Below, piece after piece: positions 40,897 to 49,362 of a DNA stretch of 64,000 nt; position 1 is the stretch's first letter; the number at the start of each line of letters is the position of its first letter. The notes below the pieces were generated by a model that saw nothing but the letters and a program-made list of their open reading frames with translations, was not told where the DNA came from and did no database searches. The translations under genes and the position numbers were made by a program. Source of the DNA: Actinomycetota bacterium. Its GTDB lineage: Bacteria > Actinomycetota > Coriobacteriia > Anaerosomatales > SLCP01. The stretch covers positions 3,712 to 67,711 of the forward strand of contig JBBIIC010000009.1 in assembly GCA_037446725.1 (NCBI GenBank). The letters are read 5' to 3'.

Positions 40897-42201
40897 GTGC
40901 GCGTCACCATCGACTCGCTTGCCCACGGGGGCGACTCAGTCGCACGCCTCGACGATGGCCGCGTCGCCTTCGTACGGGGCGGCTGTCCCGGTGATGTGGC
41001 CGAGATCGAGGTGACGGCCGACCACGGACGCAGGGTCGACGCCCGGATACTCACGGTGCTCGAGCCTTCCAGCGACCGCATCGACGCGTCCTGCCCCTAC
41101 TTCGGCGAGTGCGGGGGGTGTCAGTGGCAGCATGTCGCAATGTCCGCCCAGCTCGAGGGCAAGACACGCATGGTCTCGGACGCCTTCGCGCGGATCGGGA
41201 AGCTTGCGGCCGAGGTTACACCCACCAGGCCTTCGCCCCTCGCCTACGGATACCGCAACAAGGTGGAGTTCGTCGTCGACGAGCAGGTCCGAAACGTGCG
41301 CCTTGGCCTGCACCGCCTCGGAGAGCAGACGCTCGTGCCGGTCGAACGCTGCCTCCTGCTACCGCAGGCGGTCAGCGATGCGCCGCGTGCGCTCGCAGGG
41401 GCGTTGCGCTACCTGTCGAGCCGCCACGGGGCCCTCGGACTGCGGCGCGTCTCCGTGCGCACGTCGGGGATCACCGACCAGACCGAGGTGGCACTCTGGA
41501 CAGACCCCGGCTCGTTCCCCCGTCAGATGGCCGCCAAGACGATCACCGACGCGACAGGTGCGACGAGTGTCGTTCGCGTGCTGGTGAAGGGCAGCGACAA
41601 GGAACGCCGCATCGCCGGGGTGGAGGTGCTCGGCGGGCGAGGCAACTGGACCGAACGCCTGTCCCGGCAGCGCCTGACCGTCTCGGCGCCGTCGTTCTTC
41701 CAGGTCAACACCGGGGCGGCCGAGTCGCTGGTTGCCAGCGTACTCGGCCGGCTCGACCCCCGACCCGACGACCGCGTCCTCGACATGTACTCCGGCGTGG
41801 GAACGTTCACGCTCCCGCTGGCCGCAGCTGCATCTGAGGTCGTCGCCGTGGAGTCGTCACGCTATGCGCTCGCAGACCTGCGACGCAACCTCGAGCTGGC
41901 CGGTCTCGACGCCGATGTTGTCGGCGGCGACGCGGCGCGGGAACTCCCCGAACTAGGGCGATTCGACCTTGCCGTCATCGATCCGCCCCGTTCTGGCCTG
42001 CACCCCGATGCGATCGGGGTGCTGGCCGAAACGGGTGCGCGAAGACTCGCCTACGTCTCGTGTGACCCGCCGACCCTCGCCCGGGACGCCGCACGGCTCG
42101 TCACGGTGGGCTACACCGTATCGCACGTGGAGCCGCACGACCTGTTCCCGCAGACGTACCACGTCGAGACCGTGGCCGTCTTCGACCGTGCGGTGGGCTA
42201 G
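40897..42201 (+). CDS. rlmD: 23S rRNA m5U methyltransferase (RlmD/TrmA family)
   Basis: TRAM domain, CPYFGECGGC, FFQVN, DPPRSG, YVSCDP, DLFPQTYHVE. Confidence 0.92.
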   Translation: MRVTIDSLAHGGDSVARLDDGRVAFVRGGCPGDVAEIEVTADHGRRVDARILTVLEPSSDRIDASCPYFGECGGCQWQHVAMSAQLEGKTRMVSDAFARIGKLAAEVTPTRPSPLAYGYRNKVEFVVDEQVRNVRLGLHRLGEQTLVPVERCLLLPQAVSDAPRALAGALRYLSSRHGALGLRRVSVRTSGITDQTEVALWTDPGSFPRQMAAKTITDATGATSVVRVLVKGSDKERRIAGVEVLGGRGNWTERLSRQRLTVSAPSFFQVNTGAAESLVASVLGRLDPRPDDRVLDMYSGVGTFTLPLAAAASEVVAVESSRYALADLRRNLELAGLDADVVGGDAARELPELGRFDLAVIDPPRSGLHPDAIGVLAETGARRLAYVSCDPPTLARDAARLVTVGYTVSHVEPHDLFPQTYHVETVAVFDRAVG

Positions 42202-42425
42202 ACGATCCGACCGACCTCGGGGAAGTCGACGATGTACTCGTCATGGGGAGCATCAGCATGCTCGTCCGTAAGGTCCTTGCCCGCGTCGTGCATCGCTTCG
42301 TGCTCACCGTCGCCCCACATTGCGCTCTCGGTGACGTCGTAGACGATGCCCCTGAACGCGACGTACGCGGGCTGGCCGTCCTTGCCGTTGAACTGAGCAA
42401 GCTCGTCGAGGGTGAAGTCCTTCAT
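42198..42425 (-). CDS. Cytochrome b5-like heme/steroid-binding protein
   Basis: FTLDELAQFNGKDG..AYVA..G.VYDVT...W..G.H...H.AG.DLT...APH. Confidence 0.85.
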   Translation of the reverse strand: MKDFTLDELAQFNGKDGQPAYVAFRGIVYDVTESAMWGDGEHEAMHDAGKDLTDEHADAPHDEYIVDFPEVGRIV

Positions 42426-42515
42426 TTCGCCTCCGTCGATCGGGTTCAGTTGCCAGGTATATCTCCCGCACCGCAGCGGCGAAACCGCTACGCTGGGAAC
42501 CCGACTCCGCGGCGG

Positions 42516-43214
42516 TTACACCCTGCGCATCTCCGCGCACAGTCGGTCCATGTCCACGAGGATGGCACGGCCGCGTATCTCCACGATGCCGTCTCGCGCA
42601 AGCGACGAGATGACCCGGCTCGCCGTCTCCCGGGACGTGCCGGCGAGCGTGGCGATGTCGTAGTGGGTGAATCCGCGGACCAGCGGAGCGCCTGAGGCGT
42701 CATGCTGCGCGGTCGCGATGTTGAGCACCACCCGCATGACCCGGTGTGCGGCATCGTGGAAGGTCAGATCCTCGAGGCGAGCGATCGTCTCAGCGAGCCG
42801 CTCTGAGAGCGCGCCGATGAGCGACATAGCCACGCGGGGCCGGGCCCGCACCGTGTCCGAGAGGTCCCGCGACCCGAGAACGAGCGTCTCGACGTCGGTC
42901 ACCGCGACGACGTCAGCCGCGTGCGGTTGACCATCCGCAAGGCTCGCCTCCCCGAAGTGCGCGGGCGCAGTGAGGTGGCCCAGGACCAGTTCCTTGCCGT
43001 CCGGAGATGCGATCGTGAGCTTCAGACGCCCTGCCGAGAGCAGGTACAACCCCGTGGCCGGTTCGCCACGCATGACCACGAACGCGCCTTTCGGATGTCG
43101 GCGCACCCGAACCAGGCCGGCGATCGACTCGATGTCGGAGTCCGGGAGCGCGGCGAAGACGGGGAAGCGGCGAAGCTTCTCCGTCACACTCTCGGTGGCT
43201 GGAGCGTTTCTCAT
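42516..43214 (-). CDS. Crp/Fnr family transcriptional regulator
   Basis: cNMP-binding domain (FGEASL) and HTH THYDIATLAGTSRETASR. Confidence 0.9.
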   Translation of the reverse strand: MRNAPATESVTEKLRRFPVFAALPDSDIESIAGLVRVRRHPKGAFVVMRGEPATGLYLLSAGRLKLTIASPDGKELVLGHLTAPAHFGEASLADGQPHAADVVAVTDVETLVLGSRDLSDTVRARPRVAMSLIGALSERLAETIARLEDLTFHDAAHRVMRVVLNIATAQHDASGAPLVRGFTHYDIATLAGTSRETASRVISSLARDGIVEIRGRAILVDMDRLCAEMRRV

Positions 43215-43264
43215 ACTCGAGGTATCGGCGTCGCCGCCGATTGCCTTGAGCGGCGGCGCCCATC

Positions 43265-46200
43265 CTATGCCTCGGCGAGCACCGGTTGCTTGCAGCCCCG
43301 CCGGATGCACTCGATCATCCGCGGCGTGAGGTAAGGGATGAGCTGCGGCAGATACGTCGGCATCAGCGATTCCATGGTGCGCGGGAGCAGGTCCGGAACG
43401 AGCTCCTCCATGTCGTCGGGCATCGGTCCGATGTACGCCTGCACCGCGGCGATCATGTCGGGCATGACCTTCTTCATGATGCCGTCGACGAGCAGCGGGA
43501 ACATCAGCGGCATCATCCTCTCCATGAGCCTCGGCCCTCCGGGCACCTTGCCCATCGCGAGCATCATCGGCTTCATGCCCGCGGGCATCGCATCCATCAT
43601 CTGCGGGAAGATGCGCTCCATGAGTGCCGCCATGTTCTCCGGCTCCATGAGGATGATGAACTTCTCGAAGTAGCCCCAGAAGTACATCGACCGCTCCGTG
43701 GTCTCCGGGATATCGTAGCCGGCCGCCTGTGCAACGACGCGCGAGAGATCGTCGATCTTCAGGCCAAGGTCGTTCTTGATGTTGCTATCGCGCAACTGGA
43801 CCTGACAGCACGGGCAGAGTGCCACCACGGTATCCGCCGCGACGTCGACCGCCTCCTGCAACCGCTGCTTGCCAAGGACGGGCGCCACAGGCATCTCGCC
43901 CACGAGAGTCAGCACCGAGCCGCAGCAGTAACCCTCCTCCCGGTTGTGCTCCATCTCCACGTAGTCGACACCGGGAATCGCCTTGAGCATCTCGCGAGGC
44001 GGCTCGTAGAGCCCCTGTGCCCGTCCGGCGTGGCAGGAGTCGTGAAACGTGATCCTGCCCTCGATCGGGTTCGTCAGCTCCAGCGTACCGTCGGCAAGCG
44101 CCTCGCTCACCAACTCCGAGTAGTGCTTCACCTCGAACTCGTATGGCTCGCCCCGCTCCGCCGCCAGATTCGCGTATAGCTCCTTCCACACGAGCGCGCA
44201 CGCGGGACACGAAGTGACGATAGTCTTCGCCCCACGACTGCGCGCCTCTGTGGTGTTGTGCTCGTAGATCTCCTCGAAGACGTCCCACTTGCCGGCGACC
44301 TTCATCGGAATGCCGCAGCATGCCTCGTCGGTCCCCATGTAGGCGATGTCGTAGCCGGCGTCCGTGAGAAGGCGAACACTCGCCTCGGCCACGTCGGTCT
44401 CGACGTAGCTCGCGGTACAGCCGGCGAAGTACATGAGCTCGCCGCTCTCCTTGAACTTTGGCTTCATGTCGTCCGGGACCCAGTTCGCCCGATTCTCGCG
44501 CTTGCCGGCCCAGATGTCGTTCTCGCCGCGAAGCGAGGCGGCCATCATCTCGAACGGCGGGAACGTGCCGAGTCTCTGCTTGTGCACGAGTTCCCCACGC
44601 ATGGCCATCCAGTTGTGCTCGATGGGAAGCTGCAGCTGGCACCGCGTGTTGCAGACTTCGCAGGTCGTGCATACAAGGAAGGTGTCGACCGCCGTGCGGT
44701 CGAACTTCTCGCGACCCTCCATGACTTCACGCAGGTATGCGTACTTGCCGCGCGGCGAATGCGACTCCCAGCCCCGTCCCGTGTACTGCTCGCACGTCGG
44801 CACGCAATACCCGCACCGGGCGCACGCGTACGCCATGAACCCGACCTCGCCGGGGATTCCGCGCACCGCTTTGAGCTCCCCGTTGCGTGAGGGCGGCGTC
44901 GCGGCATTGGCGACCGGGCGAACGAGCGGCTCAACCGCCCCGGCGGTCCCCATCAGCACGTCGAGTGCTCCACTACCGAGCACCTTGCCCGGGTTCATGA
45001 TCCCCTTCGGATCTATCTGCGCCTTGAAGCGGCGAAGCTCGCGCACCTTGTCCTCGCCGAGCACGTTTGCTGCCTCACGGCGAAAGTACAGACCCGTGGA
45101 GTATGCCGAACCACCGTGCGCCTTGGCGATCCGGATGACCGAGAGCGAAAGCGCGAACGCAACGTTGAACGCAAACGAACGCTCGTCGTGCGGTATGAAG
45201 CCGAGTAGCACGACCTGATCGCCCTTGGCGTGCATGCCTTCGAGGATGAACGGCTGCCGGATCTTCTCGTCGATCTCGGTCAGAACGTCGGCCAGGGACG
45301 GGAGCGGGACAACCACCTCCGTCGGAACGAGAGACGGCCCGATGCGCTTCAGGCGCATAGGTGCGAACCTGAGCTCCCACTCGTGCTCGGCGGCCTCAGG
45401 GCCCAGATCGGCACCGCCATTGCCCGCGGCGATGCGCTCGAGGGACTCGTCAATGAGTCGACGCCTGGATTCGGGGTACGCGATCAGCGCAAGGTAGGCC
45501 TCGGGCAGCACGGGGTCGGCATGCGGATGAGCCTCCTCATGCGGGTGCCCGTGGCGGTGCGGCAGCTGGCTCTTGAGCCGGATCGACTCGGGATTGAGGA
45601 AGGTCACGGACCACAGCGGCAGCTGCTCACGCGAGAACGCAGCGAGCGCCCGAGCGAGTGAGCCGGCGTCCGGGAACGAGAAGAGGCGGTGCACTTCGGC
45701 CTCGAGGTGACGGATGCAAAAGGTGAGCTCGGTGATGATGCCGGTGATGCCCTCGGCGTCGGCCACGAAGCCCTGCAACTCATCGCCCTCGAACCGCCGG
45801 ACCCGCCCGTCGGGAAGAACGACACGCGCGGAGACGACGTTCTCCTTGAACGTCCCATACTCGAAGGACCCGAACCCGGCGCCACCCTGTGCCAGCCACC
45901 CGGCCGCACCGGAGCTTGGCGTCGATGAAGGGTAGAGGCGCAGTGCGAGGCCGTCCTTGCCGAGCTCCCGCTCGATCTCCTCCCAGACGGCCGAGGGTTC
46001 GACGGTGACCGTCATCCCGACCCGGTCGACGGCGAGCACACGCTGCATTCCGGAAAGGTCCGCCACGACAGCATCCTTCTGCGGAAGCACGCCGCCGTAT
46101 CCCGACGTCGCCCAACCGCGGGGCACGATCTTCAGGCCCTCGCGCGTGGCGAGACGCATGAGCTCAGCGACCTCGTCCTCGGTCTTGGGCCTCACGACCG

Positions 46201-46360
46201 CACCCGCCAGACCGGCCGGCACCAGCGGCTTGACGAGTCTCGGCATCGTACCGATGTCGAAGGAGTACATCTTCCGCTCCACGCGGTCGAATCTGACGCG
46301 TTCCCCAAAGAGCTCACGCAGTGATCCTTCAACTCGCTCGCTGAGCCGCGCCATGTTCAT
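43265..46360 (-). CDS. Fused FAD-linked oxidoreductase / 4Fe-4S / CCG-domain protein (GlcD+GlcF-like)
   Basis: AVVRP, TSGYGG, AEGITGII, DPKGIMNPGK; CARCGYC..C, CTTCEVC..C; two CCG domains; Met/Pro-rich tail. Confidence 0.88.
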   Translation of the reverse strand: MNMARLSERVEGSLRELFGERVRFDRVERKMYSFDIGTMPRLVKPLVPAGLAGAVVRPKTEDEVAELMRLATREGLKIVPRGWATSGYGGVLPQKDAVVADLSGMQRVLAVDRVGMTVTVEPSAVWEEIERELGKDGLALRLYPSSTPSSGAAGWLAQGGAGFGSFEYGTFKENVVSARVVLPDGRVRRFEGDELQGFVADAEGITGIITELTFCIRHLEAEVHRLFSFPDAGSLARALAAFSREQLPLWSVTFLNPESIRLKSQLPHRHGHPHEEAHPHADPVLPEAYLALIAYPESRRRLIDESLERIAAGNGGADLGPEAAEHEWELRFAPMRLKRIGPSLVPTEVVVPLPSLADVLTEIDEKIRQPFILEGMHAKGDQVVLLGFIPHDERSFAFNVAFALSLSVIRIAKAHGGSAYSTGLYFRREAANVLGEDKVRELRRFKAQIDPKGIMNPGKVLGSGALDVLMGTAGAVEPLVRPVANAATPPSRNGELKAVRGIPGEVGFMAYACARCGYCVPTCEQYTGRGWESHSPRGKYAYLREVMEGREKFDRTAVDTFLVCTTCEVCNTRCQLQLPIEHNWMAMRGELVHKQRLGTFPPFEMMAASLRGENDIWAGKRENRANWVPDDMKPKFKESGELMYFAGCTASYVETDVAEASVRLLTDAGYDIAYMGTDEACCGIPMKVAGKWDVFEEIYEHNTTEARSRGAKTIVTSCPACALVWKELYANLAAERGEPYEFEVKHYSELVSEALADGTLELTNPIEGRITFHDSCHAGRAQGLYEPPREMLKAIPGVDYVEMEHNREEGYCCGSVLTLVGEMPVAPVLGKQRLQEAVDVAADTVVALCPCCQVQLRDSNIKNDLGLKIDDLSRVVAQAAGYDIPETTERSMYFWGYFEKFIILMEPENMAALMERIFPQMMDAMPAGMKPMMLAMGKVPGGPRLMERMMPLMFPLLVDGIMKKVMPDMIAAVQAYIGPMPDDMEELVPDLLPRTMESLMPTYLPQLIPYLTPRMIECIRRGCKQPVLAEA

Positions 46361-46409
46361 ATGCTCCTTTTTTCGGTGCTCGTGACAGAGTTCAGAATTT
46401 CGTGGTGAG

Positions 46410-46469
46410 ATACACCCCGGGGTATACGGTGTGTGGGGCAATCATACCCCCCACCGTATACTTGGTCAA
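46410..46469 (-). promoter_or_regulatory. Sigma70 promoter with two CsoR/CstR-type operators
   Basis: -35 TTGACC (46469-46464), 17-bp spacer, -10 TATGAT (46446-46441); ATAC-N8-GTAT G/C-tract sites at 46410-46425 and 46444-46459. Confidence 0.7.
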
Positions 46470-46527
46470 CCGTTCGACCGTGGTACGATGGCCCGCGCAC
46501 CGCGAACCACCGACCTGGAGGGCTCCC

Positions 46528-47238
46528 GTGCAAGGCATCCTGTTCGACCTTGACGGCACACTGCTCGATATCGACCTCGGATCGTTCCTCGACCGGTACT
46601 TCTCGGCACTGGCGCGCGCCATGGCGCCGCTGACCGACAGCGAGGAGGCCCTCGCTGGCGCGATGCGTGCACTCAACGTCGCGACGCACGCGATGATGCT
46701 CCCCCACCCGGGTCGAACCAACCAGGCGGTCTTTGCCGAGGAGTTCAGCGCACTGACCGGAATAGACATTGAGACCCACGCCGAGGTCTTCGCCCGCTTC
46801 TACGCCGAGGAGTTCCCGCTCCTGGGCGACGGATACGGTCCGGCTCCGGGCGCGAGGCAGGCGGTCGAGGTCGCACTCGGACTCGGGCTCAAGGTCGCGA
46901 TCGCGACCAACCCGATCTTCCCCCGGGCCGCCGTCGAGCATCGCATCGCGTGGGCGGGTCTCAACGACCTTCCGGTGCACGCGATCACGACGTACGAGAC
47001 CATGCACGCATGCAAACCGCTGCCGGCTTACTTCCTCGAGACCGCGCGTCGCATCGGCGTGGAGCCGGACCGGTGCATGATGGTCGGCGACGACCATGGA
47101 CTCGATCTGCCGGCGTCCGCGACCGGCATGCGCACGTACTACGTGGGCCCGGAAGAGGAGGTCGACGCGGACTTCTCGGGCGATCTAAGCGGGCTCGCCG
47201 ACGCGCTGCCGAGCCTCGCGGAGGCTCGGCCCACCTAG
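46528..47238 (+). CDS. HAD family hydrolase
   Basis: ILFDLDGTLL, IATNP, CKP, MVGDD..LD. Confidence 0.9.
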   Translation: MQGILFDLDGTLLDIDLGSFLDRYFSALARAMAPLTDSEEALAGAMRALNVATHAMMLPHPGRTNQAVFAEEFSALTGIDIETHAEVFARFYAEEFPLLGDGYGPAPGARQAVEVALGLGLKVAIATNPIFPRAAVEHRIAWAGLNDLPVHAITTYETMHACKPLPAYFLETARRIGVEPDRCMMVGDDHGLDLPASATGMRTYYVGPEEEVDADFSGDLSGLADALPSLAEARPT

Positions 47239-47495
47239 AAGTTCTTGCGGCGGATCAGCGCGACCCACGCGCCGTCGAGGCGCTGATCGTAGAAGTACTC
47301 GAACTTCCCGCGCGTCTCTTTGCGCAGGTCGATCTGGTAGCCGATCGCGGTCGGCTCGTGGTCCGTCACCACAAGCAGGCTGTCGGGCGCGTCGAACTCG
47401 ATCAGCTTGTCGATGACACAGAAGACCAGCGGCCTCCTGATGTCGGGCGTGCACCCGCGCACGTCGATGACGATCTGCTGCGAACTACCTGCCAC
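47235..47495 (-). CDS. DUF2249-like small protein
   Basis: IDVRG...R.PLVF...LVVTDHEP..I.YQ...W...I; GGAGAGG RBS before GTG. Confidence 0.65.
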   Translation of the reverse strand: MAGSSQQIVIDVRGCTPDIRRPLVFCVIDKLIEFDAPDSLLVVTDHEPTAIGYQIDLRKETRGKFEYFYDQRLDGAWVALIRRKNF

Positions 47496-48195
47496 GGTCG
47501 CCTCTCCCGGTGAACGGCACCCGTCCGCTTGACAGCTTCCACTGCCTTCTTCCGCGCTACGAGCCGCCGTCCTCCTCGTTCTCGTGAAGTTCTGAGAGAT
47601 CGCACTGCACAGTCGGCTGTCTCCTTGGGGGTCAGACACTCCAGGTCGTCGGGCATGGGATCACTACGATCGGTATGGGCCTGACGTCCTGTTTGGTAGG
47701 TCTTTCCCATCCCGGGCGGATTCTTCGCACAAGCCCGTGTGAACGGCTAGAATGACGGTACGCCGCCGTTCGCCCGTGTACTCCGCTGCCTGGGAGCACC
47801 GCGACGGCGAAGCACGACTGACAGGGCATGGCCGACCAAGAGGGGGTGCCGGCACCCTTGTGTTGTTCTGCAATGCGAACCTCTGACCGCGACGCGGACC
47901 GCACGTCCGCCGTCGGCGTCTCCGTCACCCCCGGTCGCGCGCCGCTCCACGGTTGCGCATCCCCTGCTCCACTCGAGGGGACATCTCCCCCCTCAGTCTC
48001 CTCAGGGTTGAAGCAGCTGCGGCCCTCGCGGGCCCGTCTGGCTGCGTCTCCAAACGGAACGCACCGATTTCCCGGTCACGCACGAAAGGGGGGCTGACCT
48101 AACCCAGAACTCGGCACGTTTCGTCAGACGGGTGCACGGTTCAACGATCGGAGAATCGCGCACGGGAACTGGATTCTCACAAGGAGGTGTATGGC

Positions 48196-49362
48196 ATGGC
48201 GCATGAGGACCACGACGCGATATACGACCTTCTCGCAGCGAGAGGCGTCTCGCGTCGCGATTTCCTCAAGTACTGCGGCTCGATCGCGGCGCTGCTGGGA
48301 CTCTCGGAGTCCTTTGTCCCGCAAATCGCGGCAGCCGTGAGTCAGGGCGCAAAGCTCAAGCCGGCCGTGTGGCTCAACGGCGGCGCGTGCACAGGGTGCA
48401 CCGAGTCAGTCGCGCAGGCGGACACGCCCGACGTGGCGACGATAGTCCTCGAGCTCCTCTCGATCGACTTCATGGAGACCCTATCAATGGCGCAGGGCAA
48501 AGACGCCCTGGCGGCCGCCGAGGCCGTGTTCGAGGAGCCCGGCTACATCCTGATCTACGAGGGATCCGTCATGAAGGGCTGGGACGGCAACGCCCTGCGC
48601 ATCGGCGGCAAGACCGGTCTCGAGGAGCTCAAGCACGCGGCGCCTAACGCGGCGGCCATCGTCGCGGTGGGTACGTGCGCTGTCGACGGCGGGTTCGTCA
48701 TGGCGAAGCCGAACCCGGCCGATGCCACGGGCGTCTCGATGTACCTGAAGGAGAAGGGCATCACGACACCGGTCGTGAACCTTCCCACCTGCCCGGTCAA
48801 CCCTGAGTGGGTTGTGGCCATCGTCGTCGACGTGTTGCTTCTCGGTTCTCTGGAGAGCGGCGCCATCCTCGACAAGCTCGACGCTGAGGGGCGGCCGAAG
48901 TACATCTTCGGGCAGACCATCCACGACAACTGCCCTCGCCGCGGCCACTTCGAGAACGGCAACTTCGTCACCGAGTTCGGCACGGAGGAGGAGGCCCTCG
49001 GCTACTGCCTGTACAAGGTCGGCTGCAAGGGCCCTCAGACCTACACCAACTGCCCGATCGTTCGCTGGAACCGCCGCGCGAGCTGGTGCGTCGAGTCGGG
49101 CGCCCCGTGCATCGGCTGCGGCAGTCTCAACTGGGTCGATGCGGGCGCACCGTTCCTCAACCGCCACCGCGACCTGCCGCTTCCCAACGTCGGCAACACC
49201 CAGCCCGGCGTGGTCGCCGGAGTGGTCGCCGGCGTGGCCGCGCTCGGCCTCGGAATCCATGCCATCGGCATGAAGGCCACCGGCCGCATGGATGGCGGTG
49301 CTCCCTACGAGGAGATGAAGGAGTACGACAAGAAGCGGATGAAGAAGGGAGGCGGTAACTAG
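48196..49362 (+). CDS. Group 1 hydrogenase small subunit, Tat-exported and membrane-anchored
   Basis: SRRDFLK Tat motif, CTGC, GTCA, CPVNP, HDNCPRR, CLYKVGCKGP, PCIGC, C-terminal TM helix. Confidence 0.95.
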   Translation: MAHEDHDAIYDLLAARGVSRRDFLKYCGSIAALLGLSESFVPQIAAAVSQGAKLKPAVWLNGGACTGCTESVAQADTPDVATIVLELLSIDFMETLSMAQGKDALAAAEAVFEEPGYILIYEGSVMKGWDGNALRIGGKTGLEELKHAAPNAAAIVAVGTCAVDGGFVMAKPNPADATGVSMYLKEKGITTPVVNLPTCPVNPEWVVAIVVDVLLLGSLESGAILDKLDAEGRPKYIFGQTIHDNCPRRGHFENGNFVTEFGTEEEALGYCLYKVGCKGPQTYTNCPIVRWNRRASWCVESGAPCIGCGSLNWVDAGAPFLNRHRDLPLPNVGNTQPGVVAGVVAGVAALGLGIHAIGMKATGRMDGGAPYEEMKEYDKKRMKKGGGN

